From NCBI GenBank assembly GCA_048128005.1, contig JBEUKZ010000069.1, positions 124,001-188,000 of the forward strand: a stretch of DNA of 64,000 nt, written 5' to 3'. Shown in pieces: positions 1-11,988 of the stretch. The notes beneath the pieces are model-generated. The model made no database searches. It worked only from the letters and a program-made list of their open reading frames with translations, and was not told the DNA's origin. Position numbers and translations under genes: made by a program. Source of the DNA: Veleropilina oligotropha (lineage: Eukaryota). Within the stretch, counting starts at the first letter, position 1. Each line of letters starts with the position of its first letter.

Positions 1-279
1 AATAATTCAATCCACAAATAGACCTAACATATAACTATTAGTAATATAATTTATTTTTGGATATTCGTTTTTGAAGATATACGCTAGATATGATATAATA
101 TTGCTTTTATAGCGCATGTTAACGTTTTAAACATTTTCTTATACCCATGTTTTATGCTGCTTTTGAACGACAATATAGGATATGATTTTCAATATTAATT
201 TTGACGTCTGTAACATTGCTGCTCGCATGATTAACAAAAACATATCATATAAGTCACATAGCTCGTCATTTGACAATTT

Positions 280-425
280 GTGAGCAACCATGTCCTTGGG
301 AGAACATGTTTGTGTGAAAATGCTCGACTGCACACAAGACACTGGTGTCGCTACTCCCCAGTGTGGGTTAAGAAATGGCGTCTAAGATTACGTGCTAATG
401 CAAATGACTGATTATACACAGCGCA
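280..425 (-). pseudogene. Two decayed C2H2 fingers beyond the stop codon of the ZNF ORF
   Basis: In-frame read-through gives *CAVYNQSFALARNLRRHFLTHTGE*RHQCLVCSRAFSHKH. Confidence 0.8.
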
Positions 426-1358
426 TTAGTGTGGTTTCTCACCAGTATGGATTAGCATGTGCTTCCTAAGAGTATCTGATCGTGGAAATGTCTTATTGCA
501 CACAACACAATGATGCGGCCTCTCTCCGATATGGGTCAACCTGTGTCTTCTAAGATCACATGCTTGTGAAAACGCATGATTACAAAAAGCGCATTTGTGC
601 CGTTTCTCTCCCGTATGGGTGAACATGTGCGTTCTCACACGACCTGCATTTGGAAATTTCCGAAAACACATGCCACACTGATATGGTTTTTCGCCAGTGT
701 GTGTTGTCATGTGATTCTTAAGATCGTTCGCTCGCGAAAATGCTCGATTGCACACAGCACACTGGTGTGGCTTCTCTCCTGTATGGACTAACATATGCAT
801 CTTAAGACCATGCGAATTTGCAACTGACATGTCACAAACATCACATCGATGTGGACTCTCCTTAGTATGAATTATCATATGGCATTTGAGACTATGTGAA
901 TGTGAAAATGTCTTATTACACACAACACACCGATGTGGCATTTCTCCTGTATGGATTATCATGTGCTTCTTAAGATTAGCTTTCTGATGACACTTATGGT
1001 CGCAGAGACCACACTGGTATGGTTTTTCACCAGTGTGAATAAGCATGTGCCTATTCAATCTGGACATGATAGTAAATGACTTTTTGCACACGCTGCAGTT
1101 GAATCGGATGTCATGTGTTTTCCTGTGATATTTAGGCTTATTTGCATCAGTGAAGTTTTTGTCGCATACATCGCACTTTTCCGGTTCCATTGTGGTATGA
1201 ATTGGAGAAACAATACTAGTAGACCGAGTAAATGAATTGATAATAATTACCGCTTCGTCGCATATAGGAACACTATAATTGCAATCAATGATGCTATCTT
1301 CACATTGCACGATTTGCAGACCACTTATTACAAGCTTTAAGTTATACATAAATGGCAT
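426..1358 (-). CDS. Tandem C2H2 zinc-finger protein, 9 intact fingers; ends at an apparently premature stop
   Basis: The ORF has nine C-x2-C-x12-H-x3-H units joined by TGEKP-like linkers. The true start is uncertain: 1358, or MEPEK near 1190, which aligns with the paralogue start MDPR at 16350. Confidence 0.9.
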   Translation of the reverse strand: MPFMYNLKLVISGLQIVQCEDSIIDCNYSVPICDEAVIIINSFTRSTSIVSPIHTTMEPEKCDVCDKNFTDANKPKYHRKTHDIRFNCSVCKKSFTIMSRLNRHMLIHTGEKPYQCGLCDHKCHQKANLKKHMIIHTGEMPHRCVVCNKTFSHSHSLKCHMIIHTKESPHRCDVCDMSVANSHGLKMHMLVHTGEKPHQCAVCNRAFSRANDLKNHMTTHTGEKPYQCGMCFRKFPNAGRVRTHMFTHTGEKRHKCAFCNHAFSQACDLRRHRLTHIGERPHHCVVCNKTFPRSDTLRKHMLIHTGEKPH

Positions 1359-2919
1359 GCAGAATAAGCATTTTTAAATACTGATTAATAAAATATAACT
1401 ATCGTGATTGGAACTAGACACCGGTTTCTTTCACTCTGTAGTCGCAATTTAATGATTCGGTGACATCTGGTGGCCCTATCTCTCTTACGTTGTGCCTAGA
1501 CGCTATTCACTAAACGCAAACACAATATGCGTAATCAAATAGTTCACGAAATCACAACGGAGTTTCAACTAGGCAAAAGCAGTTTTCCCTTTCGCGACAC
1601 GATTCGATTAAACGGAGACACCTGCTGAATTCCTCACTCACTTAGGGTTTGTTCATGCAGCTGCATTGGCCATCAGTTGGACGCATTTGGTAAAAAAACC
1701 TGCAATATAAACATGCCTTCATGCTAAAATCAAATATCAATGTTAAAATCAATAACTACACGAAAAATTGTAACTTTTGAAATATTATACAAACATATAG
1801 TATAAATGACTCTGGATAAAGGGCATATGGGCGTATTTAAGTACGTAAAAATGGGGAACACGCCCACTTTTTACAAATAAGCGTATATTTACGCCCATAT
1901 ATATAAGGAATTGGGTGTACATATCGTATTTTTTTTTACTTAACGTTTTTTAATTTTAATTCATGTATTGTAAAGAGATGCACGAAGTTAGCTAATCCAT
2001 CAATTTTATTGTCTTGACATCAACATATATAGTGACGAACTACAGAGTGTGAATAGGGAACAAATGTTGATGTTAGTACTATAATGAACAACGACTTCGA
2101 AACAAGGTGTACTGCACACTCTGTGAAAAAATACCTAGAGGCCTGTTACATATATATAACTCCCTACCGATTGTCTGCCAGGTGTCAACAGCGTGGTGTA
2201 TTTGAACTGCAATAGACAGTAAAACCTCGGTTATCTCTGAATAACAATGAATTAGGTGAACATATTATCTTAAATATCGCATATATGTGCATACACAAAT
2301 TACAAAAAAAACAAATTCTTATTGTAAACAGTTCACCTATAATATATATGTATATCTCGATGACCATACTGTGAGTATGGTGCTTTGTAGTGTATTAAAT
2401 GTGTCTGGATACTAAATACAAAAATATCCAATTTGAGAACAATACGCAAATACTCAGCATTGTTTTTACGGAATACTTCAAAATGTAATTATGATGCAGA
2501 CGAGGTTAATCGCCATTGCAAAGTCGCCAATAATGTAAACACGCGCAATATGGAAACCACCCGACAAACGGAATACCATAACTTTAATATAAACATCATA
2601 GATTAATAACTAATGCCTCCATTTTAGGATTTTGAGGAAGTCGATTATGACATTATTTTGGCGATATCAAGCTAAGGTCAAGGTGAAATCACCATTTCAA
2701 GGTCGAAAATGGTATATAAACGCGCAATATGGACGCCACCCGAAAAACGGAATATCATTATTTTTAATCTAAACATCACAGATCAATAAATTAAATCTCC
2801 ATTTTAGGGTGTTGACGAATGGGGAAGTAGATTTTCGTGAATCCGGGTTACGGACAAGGTCAAATCACCATTTCAAGGTCGAAAATAGTATATAAACGCG
2901 CATGGGCTTGCCTTTTTTT

Positions 2920-4480
2920 TAAACAAACGTCATAGAAGTGAAGTTGGCTGATGCTCGAAGCGTTTGTAAGATGATTAAGGAAGATGGTATTGTTTTGTCT
3001 ATCTATATGCAGATGTCTTCAAAACTGGAGATATGGACAATTTATTACACAATAATACAGCAAACTTTCAAATGATGAGTTGCATGGAACAGCGATTACC
3101 ATAACCAATCAAATTTCAAGTGATAACATGAGAGTTACTCGTGGACCAGTTAAAATTGTTGTTGGATCCAAACTCAAGCTCCCAGACCATTGGCATTTTG
3201 CGCCACCCCCTCTCTGTAGATTTCCAACATGAGGACCTGCAGTTCGAACCGAGAAGTAAAGAGTATGGAGCAGTGAGACCATCTACTTAAAGGATACCAG
3301 GTTCCATAACAAAAGACGAGGCATGGATTAACCATGTTTGGGAGCACTGTCACAGGAAAAGCTGTTCACGTGGTCAGGCTTTCACTACAAGTTGCATAAA
3401 CTTAAGTAATCTATGTTAATTGACATCTTGTCCCATGCTCCCTGACAAATATACTGATCCTGGCAAAATAAATAATAATAATATAAATAAATATGCCATG
3501 CTCGTGGTAAAAAAATCCACAGCATTACTCAACCCAACCCAGACTCCAGTCTGTACGCAAACAGCTACAGAGGCAGTTACCCACGATCATCAGCGTATAT
3601 ATGTGTACGTATTAATGATGGGTGCCCATCGACTTCACATAGAGGACAAGGCACAACTTATGCTTCGGAAGTTCATCCACGTTTAAGTATTGAAGTGGGC
3701 TATGACTACCTCGGAGGTGTTCACAGCGGGTAGAGCTGTATCAACTCTAGATGACCATCACATTAAACCCATACGTTATGCTCACCAGGGCTCGTTTGTA
3801 TCTCTGTCACTATTCAAGCATGAGGCGTACATGTATCTACTGTGAAGCGTGGCGAGCATGAAGTTTGGTGAGGATGCACACATGTTCAAGTACTGGTCTC
3901 GAATAATTGAATTGGAGGTAAACATAAGTTGATTTGTGCACTCATTGTGAAGAGAGGGGGTTCGATGCCCAATTTCTTGATGAACTCTGGCCCTGGTTCT
4001 TTGCATTCGATCATACCAATTATGCTCGGTGTGGCCAATCCACGCGAAGAAAGTGGTCGAACTGCCAGGCACGTTGTAGTGTGTACGAGGAGTTGAAGAA
4101 GGGAAATGTCGTCGTCAGACGCTCATGAATAGCATAAGTTATCGGTATAAGCCATAAAACAGTCCCACGAAAAAAAGCAATAAAATGCTACAGGCAGGTG
4201 GTGGTGGCCTGAACGACATATATGATGGTGCCAGTAGTGATTCAAATGAATGGTGCGCTCAACTCATGAAGCGACGATTATGTTTTCCATGCATATTGTC
4301 CTTTTATTGAAGAGCCAGCTGACTCCATCTGTTGATCTTATCGATGATGTGATGGACATATAGCCAGATAAAAGGTGGACGATGCAAGCTCAACTGCGGC
4401 GTGGTGCTTGTCCGTGAACATGGATTGGTCAATATAGTAGCAAGCCCAAGAAACTTCACGTTCTGCTGTCAGAAAAATTC
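2920..4480 (+). pseudogene. Frameshifted transposase relic, Academ (CXC/XPG-associated) type
   Basis: Motifs appear in the expected order across shifted frames: AMLVVKKSTALLNPTQTPV, LMMGAHRLHIE, HHIKPIRYAHQ, LWPWFFAFDHTNYAR, VYEELKKGNVVVRRS. Family assignment is from recalled motifs. Confidence 0.6.
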
Positions 4481-4514
4481 AGAAATCTGTTTTGTTGCAG
4501 AAGGATCGAAACAT

Positions 4515-6420
4515 TGTTATTAATAAAAATAGCGCATTTATACTCAACCGTCGCAATGCGCTTGACATTGTTACCCCTGGTTATAGGCCTGTTTATCTTG
4601 AGATTCCATCTCAACTCCCTCAGGGAGTATTACTGTCAATACAAGCGGGTAACGCTGTGACTTTTATAACTGCCAATTACCAATCAGCGTATCGCATGCT
4701 TCACTCCACAGAAACAGCCCTTTTAAAGGTTCAGAATGACATACTTCAATCTCTACATCAGAAATCAATGGTTGCTCTCGCCTTGCTTGACCTGAGTGCA
4801 GCTTTCGATACAATTGACCACCAAATTCTGTTTAACCGCCTGAACGCCTACTTTGGAATCAAGCAATCAGCGCTTACATGGATCAAGTCATATCTACATG
4901 AGCGAAAACAAACCGTCGTCATAAACGGCATGAAATGTGACCCTGCCTCTCTCCCTTACGGTGTGCCACAAGGTTCCGTCTTAGGTCCGATTCTGTTTTC
5001 GATGTATGTCACACCCGTAGCAGAGATTGCCTCCAAATATAATCTGTCCTATCATTTCTACGCAGATGACAGTCAAATATATGTTGCATTTGATCCCAAA
5101 AGCTCCTTCAAGGCAAGCCTAGACATATTGGAGAGCTGTGTTTCAGAGATCAAACACTGGATGTGCACAAACATGCTGAAACTCAATGATGATAAAACTG
5201 AGTTTATTATATTTGGCTCAAGAAGTAACATCACAAAGGTCCGAGATGTAAACCTACAAGTTGGTGAAACTGAAATAAACTCCAGCGAATTTGGAAGAAA
5301 TTTGGGTGCTTACTTCGACAACACTATGTCGATGGAAAAATTCGTCTCTGATAAAGTTAAATGCTCATTATTCTTTCTAAGAAACATCAGACGCATCCGT
5401 CGTTTTTTAACACCAGATGCAACGAAGCTTCTTGTGCATGCATATGTCATACCTCGCCTTGATTATTCCAACAGTTTACTTTTCGGAATAAACGCAAGCC
5501 TCATTAACAGATTGCAGCAAGTTCAGAATGCCGCAGCCAGGCTGATTTTACTTGCCCAGCCAAGGGACCATGCAACCCCGCTGCTATATAGCCTACACTG
5601 GCTCCCTGTTGAGAAAAGGATTATCTTCAAAATTCTTACATTCGTTTACAATTCTCTTCAAGGAAAAGCGCCTGGATATATTATTGAACTTCTGGCTCAA
5701 TATCGACCTATTAGAGCACTTAGGTCGTAGTAATTACAACAGTTGACAGAGAATAGAACAATGAATAAATATGGCGATAGAGCATTTATCAACAATGCCC
5801 CAAAACTCTGGAACAAACTCCCATCTAAAGTAAAGGAAAGCACATCTCAGACATGTTTTCGGAAGACGTTGAAAACACACCTATTTGCTGATGTATATGC
5901 CAACCTGATCAAATCTCACTAACAATTCAGCTGACATCGTAGTAGTGGAGGAGAGTAATGACTGCTTCACATCTGTTCATTGTTATTGCTTATAGCATTC
6001 ATCATATGTACCATTCAAAGTTGGTTGAAGTTCACCCAGGGGCTGCTTCACCTATTTGTCTGATTGCGCTTGTAAAAAAATAAAAAATAATAAAATTGAA
6101 AAAACTCAACAAAAAATATTCTGTTTATTATTATTATTGCTTATTGCATTCATAGTATGTATCATTGATGTCTCTCCTGTATATTCTTGTGTACATTGTA
6201 CTGTAATATTAGTTATAGGTTGTACTGCGCTTAGAGCTACACTAGAATAGGCGCATTATAAATGTATTAAATAATAATAATAATAATAATTCAGATCGGC
6301 TGGGTGGACCGAGGAAAATATATATATATATGCTTATTTCATTGCCCAAGTGAAATCGCCGAGATCAAGAGGCAAACGTGAGACTCTGCATGCCACCAAA
6401 TCCTGTCACCGAGCCACGTC
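4515..6420 (-). mobile_element. tRNA-derived SINE copy split in two by the LINE insertion (halves at about 4515-4676 and 6291-6420)
   Basis: Both flanks of the LINE are reverse complements of consecutive parts of the intact SINE at 7620-7935. Confidence 0.8.
4677..6290 (+). mobile_element. 5'-truncated non-LTR retrotransposon (L2/CR1 group): reverse transcriptase, 3' UTR and (AAT)n tail
   Basis: Motifs YQSAYR..HSTETALLKV, LLDLSAAFDT, GVPQGSVLGP, FYADD. After two in-frame stops at 5728-5733 the frame continues YGDRAF..APKLWNKLP..FRKTLKTHLF. (AAT)n tail at 6270-6290. Confidence 0.92.
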
Positions 6421-6819
6421 ATCCTAAACCCAGCTTATATCGCGTTCGTATAACATTGTCAACCTTAAATAGTAATTTGACTTGAATCAAGAATCGCCAA
6501 AATAATGTTATAAGCGACTGCCTCATCATTGAAAACCCCCAAAATGGAGTTATTATTTATTAATCCATGTTGATTAAATCGCCGAGACCAGAAGGCTAAG
6601 GCGAGACTCTGCCACCAGAGTTCTACCACCGAGCCACGACGACACATGTTATATATTAAACCAAGCTTATCTAGCGTTTGTATACCATTTTCAACCTTGA
6701 CCTTAACCAGACATTGCCAAAATGATGTTATAATCGACTGCTTTATCCTTGAAAACTCCAAAACAGAGTTATTATCTATAATGTTGTCTATATTAAAAGT
6801 TATGATATTCTGTCGGGTG

Positions 6820-7062
6820 GTGGTCGCTACGGCAGTCGTGGTTTCTGGTGCAGACTCCGAAAATCACTGGCTTGATTCTTCTGACACGAACAGTAGTGGG
6901 TGTGCATATCGGTTGAGACATGACATTATTTGTTCAAATATGAATCATAGTTGTCCCGAGCGATCGGGCTTACCTCCCGACATAATAGGGACATGTCCTG
7001 CATTAAACTTATTGGTTGGAAATATACAGGATATAAAGCATCGATCCGTTCCTTTGCTTTCT
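6820..7062 (+). mobile_element. Diverged SINE copy (family of 15838-16099)
   Basis: Shares TCACTGGCTTG, ACAGTAGTGG, AGTTGTCC, GGACATGTCCTG and AAATATACAGGA blocks with the 15838-16099 element. Confidence 0.7.
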
Positions 7063-7619
7063 TTCGAATGGCACGTTTATATACAATTTTTGATATTCAG
7101 ATTACAAGTTATGGTATTCCGTCATTCAGGTGGCTGCCATATTGCGCGTTTTTATTCACTTTTCGACCTTGAAATGGTGATTTGACCTTGAATTTATCCT
7201 GATATCGCCAAATTAATGTCATAATCAACTTCCTCACGCGTGAAAACCCCCAAATAGAGATATTATTTTTTAATTTTTGATATTTGTTTAAATATATGGC
7301 AAGTCCATATTGCGCGTTTATATACCATTTTCGACCTTGAAATGGTGATTTGACCTTACCCGTAACCCGGATTCACGAAAATCTACTTCCCCATTCTTCA
7401 ACACCCTAAAATGGAGATTTAATTTATTAATCCATAAGATGTTTAGATTAAAAATAATGATATTCCATTTTTCAGGTGGCTTCCATATTGCGCGTTTATA
7501 TACCATTTTCGACCTTGAAATGGTGATTTGACCTTGACCTTAGCTTGATATCGCCAAATATCGTCCAAAAAATGGAGGCATTATTTATTAAACTATGATG
7601 TTTAGATTAAAAGTTATAT

Positions 7620-7935
7620 GCCGTCGTGGCTCAGTGGGTTGTTCACAGGACTCTGGTCACAGAGTCTCAGGTTCGCCCCCAGAGCTCGGCGATCTCACTT
7701 GGGCAAGGAAATAAGCATATATTTGCCTCGGTTCACCCAGCCGATCTGAATGGGTATCTGGTTGGCAGTTATGTAAGTCACGGCGCTACTCGCGTGTAAA
7801 TGACTGTAATGCTCCCAGAGGGAGTTGAGATGGCATATCGAGTGGAAGAGGCCAATAACCAGGGGTAATAATGTTCAGCGCATTGAGACACCAGCGTAAT
7901 AAAGCGCTATATAAGACCGGAGTATTATTATTATT
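7620..7935 (+). mobile_element. tRNA-derived SINE with an L2-like 3' tail
   Basis: A-box TGGCTCAGTGG and B-box-like GGTTCGCCCCC. The tail is GCGCATTGAG...GCGCTATATAAG...(TAT)n. It interrupts the Academ-like arm. Confidence 0.8.
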
Positions 7936-9464
7936 ACGTGTGTCGAGTGGTGTCCATATTGCGCGTGTTTACATTATTGTCGACTTTGTAATGGCGATTG
8001 GACCTTGACCTTGACCTCTGAAATATAGTTTATTTTTAAATGGTGATTTGACGGTGACCTTAACCTGAAATCGCGATAATAATATCATAATCAACTTCTT
8101 CATCCTTGAAAACCATGAAATGGTGATGTTTTCCAATATGGCCGCCAGAGAGACAATTGAGCTTGTATTCCAGCGGTATACACAATATCTAGGTCATATA
8201 CATTTATAATCAAAATATCACAAAAAATTGCAAAAAAGTGAACGATTTCTTTACTAAGCCTCCTTACTATACATTATACATTAAGTAATATGCTGAAATT
8301 AACCATTTTTCATGTATTTTGTCAGCCATTTTTTCTTTGGCAGCCATGTTGGTTTTAGGTCGGATAAAAACTGACAGATCAAATTACATAATGTGCTTCG
8401 TGTATGATTAGAAAGCAACCACCTTAACCACTCAGCCATCGGGCGCTGATAGATATACAATTATATACAATAATTAATCGTCTTTTCAGATAGAGAGTTG
8501 AAACCGGATGATCCGACAGCAATATGAATGCAAATGTTAACAATGGGCGAAAACGTGCCAGGCAGTTCACTATCCCTGCATTTGCCATCGAATTTCCACA
8601 GGATCGAAATATCCGTATTCGATTCATTGTCTCTGGCAGATGCAATTATATTTCGATCATGTAAACATATACTTTTCCTGAAATGTCAAGTCAACAAATG
8701 CTATTGTGCATGAGATAGTACAATGCTCGATTTGAGTATAAGGCTTCTTAATAGAGTGAATGCATGCGATTCTTACCGATTAACTCAATTTCCGTACTGT
8801 AACAAATCAGGGACGCCATTTGAATGTATGCGGTGATCCGGTTTAAGTGTTGTACAGAATATCCGGACTCAAACAGACGAATTCACGTGGTTGTCAGTTG
8901 GTCTGTTTTCAGACTAGCTCATGATCACAAGTACAATTCCTGACCAGCCAGTAATATAAATTATATATTCAAGTTAGGCATTGCCGCGAATGATGTGGCA
9001 TATCTGCTTAACATATCGGACTCTGTCCAGTTGTGTACGTATTCGGGTAATATTCCTTGAATTTGAATGCTCATCTTATTTGACGTAGTTTGACATGGTA
9101 ATATCATCGACAAAAGGGGGGATGAAAATGCCTAAAAATAAGGAGCAAAGCATTGTCAGCTCATCTTAGATATTTTATATAGTTTATCATATTTGCGTAG
9201 AAGAAGGAAGTCGCCTACATTTCAATGGGCTGGAAATGCTTATACAAGCAAAATGAAAACGCTACAAACACGGATATAGGTATATTTTTATTAGCTTTTC
9301 AGAATGTGTGGTTACATTGCACAATATAATTATAATATATAGCAAAATATAAAAAAATTGCCCTTGCACGCGTTATCGTGTCCGTCAAAAGTTAAGCTGT
9401 CAACTCGTTGCTGCTTATATTCATATAAGCGGCAGACAATAATCAGTATAGGCATGAACTGGGG

Positions 9465-10062
9465 ATGAAACCAGTTTTCTTCATTACATAACATGCATTT
9501 TCCCCAGTGTCTTTTTTTATTATCATTGGACACTTTGGAAATTAACGTCCGCAATTGATGCTAATATCTGACGACAAATGAACACCACGTCACAGATAAT
9601 CTTTCAGTATATGGATGCAAAACAGTGCCTAGAACAACCCATATGCCCATTGAAAAATGTAAACAAAACTTTAACCAAAATGCATATGTCCACAAACACC
9701 TATTTGTATGCAATAATTATATTAAATTTAATTCAGCATCACTTCCATAGTATCAGTTGACATTCATATTATCAATGCCAAAGCATATATACACAAAATG
9801 CTGTTTCAACAACCCATATACACTCAATGAAAAACTTTAACCAGAAACTTTAACCAAAATGTATATGTTCAAAACACCTACATTAATGAAATAATTATTT
9901 TATATTTTAGTCAATCTCACTTCCAGAGTACCAGGTGTCATCCATATAACGCCTACAAATGCATATAAACACTCAATTCGAAACTTTAACCAAATTGTTC
10001 ACTGACGTACAGACGGACATGGCAACAACAATATCCCACGCTACCTTCGGACTGGGGATAAC
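9465..10062 (-). mobile_element. Helentron-associated non-autonomous element (HINE/DINE-1-like)
   Basis: On the minus strand it starts TTATCCCCAGTCCGAAGGTAGCGTGGGATA (hairpin) followed by GTCCGTCTG. It has ~180-bp internal repeats and a subterminal inverted copy TCCCCAG at about 9501. Confidence 0.55.
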
Positions 10063-10281
10063 AATGATCCGAATATATGATATATTTAAAAATTTAGTAT
10101 AATTTACACGTGTATTACGACTTTCTTGGATGATTTAATCAATGAATCAGAACATTCAGTGACAGACTGGGTCAGGTTGTGGTGATAAGTGTAGCGTCAC
10201 GTCCAATAACACTATTCACCACAACCTGAACTCGTACATTAAATCCACATACTGTACACTATAATGTGTAATAACTTTGTA

Positions 10282-11246
10282 TTATTACCCATCGCTTTGA
10301 TAACGCCGTTTCTGATTGGTCGAGAGGCACCGCCCCCCTCCCATAACAACCGATATTATACAGCTGGAACTAATATTGGACGAGATCTGACAAGCGAGAT
10401 GTCATATTGAACAGAAGGTGAGTAACTCTTAATCTACCAAATCATGTAAACACAATTCGGATCCGAAGTATAATATTATATTTCAATGAAATTACATTAA
10501 AATGCACAAAAAATATGTATTCGTGATAGTGATGCATTTCTACATACATACCAGTGGATTATTTGGCACAATGGGTGTTGTAATTAATGGTTTTAAGCGC
10601 ATTTTATTCGCGATGTGATACATTATTTTATGCCTTCCAAGCAAAGTTTCCAGATCCCCACACAGTGAAAGTGACTGAAGGCCCGTATCCTCGAAACTGT
10701 TTACGATTTGGGCACGTGCGCCACTCGTATACAATTGACGGCATAATACATATCTTATTTGGGCCCTGAAATCTGCATAACAAAATAAGTCTCGTGTCAA
10801 ATCGAATCGCAGAAGTTTTGCGATAATGCACGCAGCTTTCAGCTGTATGGTGACCATTTTTTATAGTCTTCTGGGGAATAACAGTTATGTAAGGAAGTGG
10901 TAGATATACACTGTACGGACGTGGTTCATATTATGCAACTTGAATTGAAATGGCATATTGAGCGACCATGATTTCCAGTAGACCTAAACATTTATATGCA
11001 ATTAATGCAGAACTGATTATGCGATTAATTTGTTAGATTACCAACATACATATCTTAACCTATATGACACCGAGATGGATAATAAAAAAGTCATTATACA
11101 TTATTGTGCACAGCATGTGTTTATTGTACAAATACAAACATCAATGAAGCATGGCTTTGCGTCTCGTCCAATATCACTTTTCATCACAACCTGAACTCGT
11201 ACAATAAATCCAAATACTATACACTAGAATGTGTAATAACTTTGTA
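10282..11246 (+). mobile_element. Old non-autonomous SIR-plus-hairpin element (Crypton-like), preceded head-to-tail by the 3' end of another copy (about 10165-10281)
   Basis: 5' TTATTACCCATC has an imperfect inverted copy GATGGATAATAA at about 11074. TCTGATTGG lies at 10311, a degenerate long hairpin follows, and both copies end GTGTAATAACTTTGTA. Confidence 0.6.
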
Positions 11247-11843
11247 ATAGTGTACACAACACATGCATGCGACTTGATCGTGCAAATGATAAACTTCTGA
11301 TTTTTCCACGCATCCGACAATATAGTTTATATATATAACCCAAGTTATTTGTGTGGACTCAAACCACACGTGAAACTATCCAAATTGATAAAACATGAAA
11401 ATTAACGAAACAATGTGCGTCATTGGCTCAGCCTGTCTATCCGTTAAATCGTGCTTGAATCTTATGACCAACACATACTGGTAGGCATACTCAATATATC
11501 AACTTGGTTACGTAAATCCGAGTACTGCTTAGATCTTATGCATCCATGGACGCTGAACCTTCATTGAATTATTCAGGGTTATGCCAGGACATGTCAATTT
11601 ATTGTGAAGTGAAAGCATGAAACAAATTTGACAACTGCTGACTGCTGAAAATACTCAGTTTATAATCATAAATTGAACCCACTCCGGTGAACCAAAGCAG
11701 TCACGTGACCATGCCGGGGACAATGCATTGGTATGCATAATAAAATCAGAAGTTCACATACATGTATTATTAATTGATAGCAATACCATTATAGAGATAA
11801 TATGCAGCTTAAACTCCACAATATAGTACCAGCACAGAGGGGA

Positions 11844-11988
11844 TATCACATGAGTGGCCATTTACTATCACATTTATGAAACGAGTTAACTTATTTTCAT
11901 ATTTGTCGAGGATTTACTGAGGAAAATATGGAAATTCGTTAACGAGTTTCATAAATGTGATATTAAATGACCACGAATGTGAGATTAT
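11844..11988 (-). repeat. Long imperfect palindrome, likely the terminal hairpin of another such element in minus orientation
   Basis: TATCACATTTATGAAAC...GTTTCATAAATGTGATA arms with a CGAGG..TGAGG apex. Confidence 0.6.

Larger units (their letters stand above)
2505..8269 (+). mobile_element. Decayed Academ-like DNA transposon with long, internally repetitive inverted repeats; left terminus truncated
   Basis: 2505-2902 is the reverse complement of about 7310-8005 (ignoring a SINE at 7620-7935). The arms are built from ~180-bp subrepeats (GACCTTGAAATGGTGATTTGACC). The right end reads TAGTAAGGAGGCTTAGT on the minus strand at 8269, and a transposase relic lies between the arms. Confidence 0.6.

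Noticed and set aside
6646..7185. 179-aa ORF
   Set aside because: It runs across Academ-like subrepeats and a SINE copy and has no protein motif.
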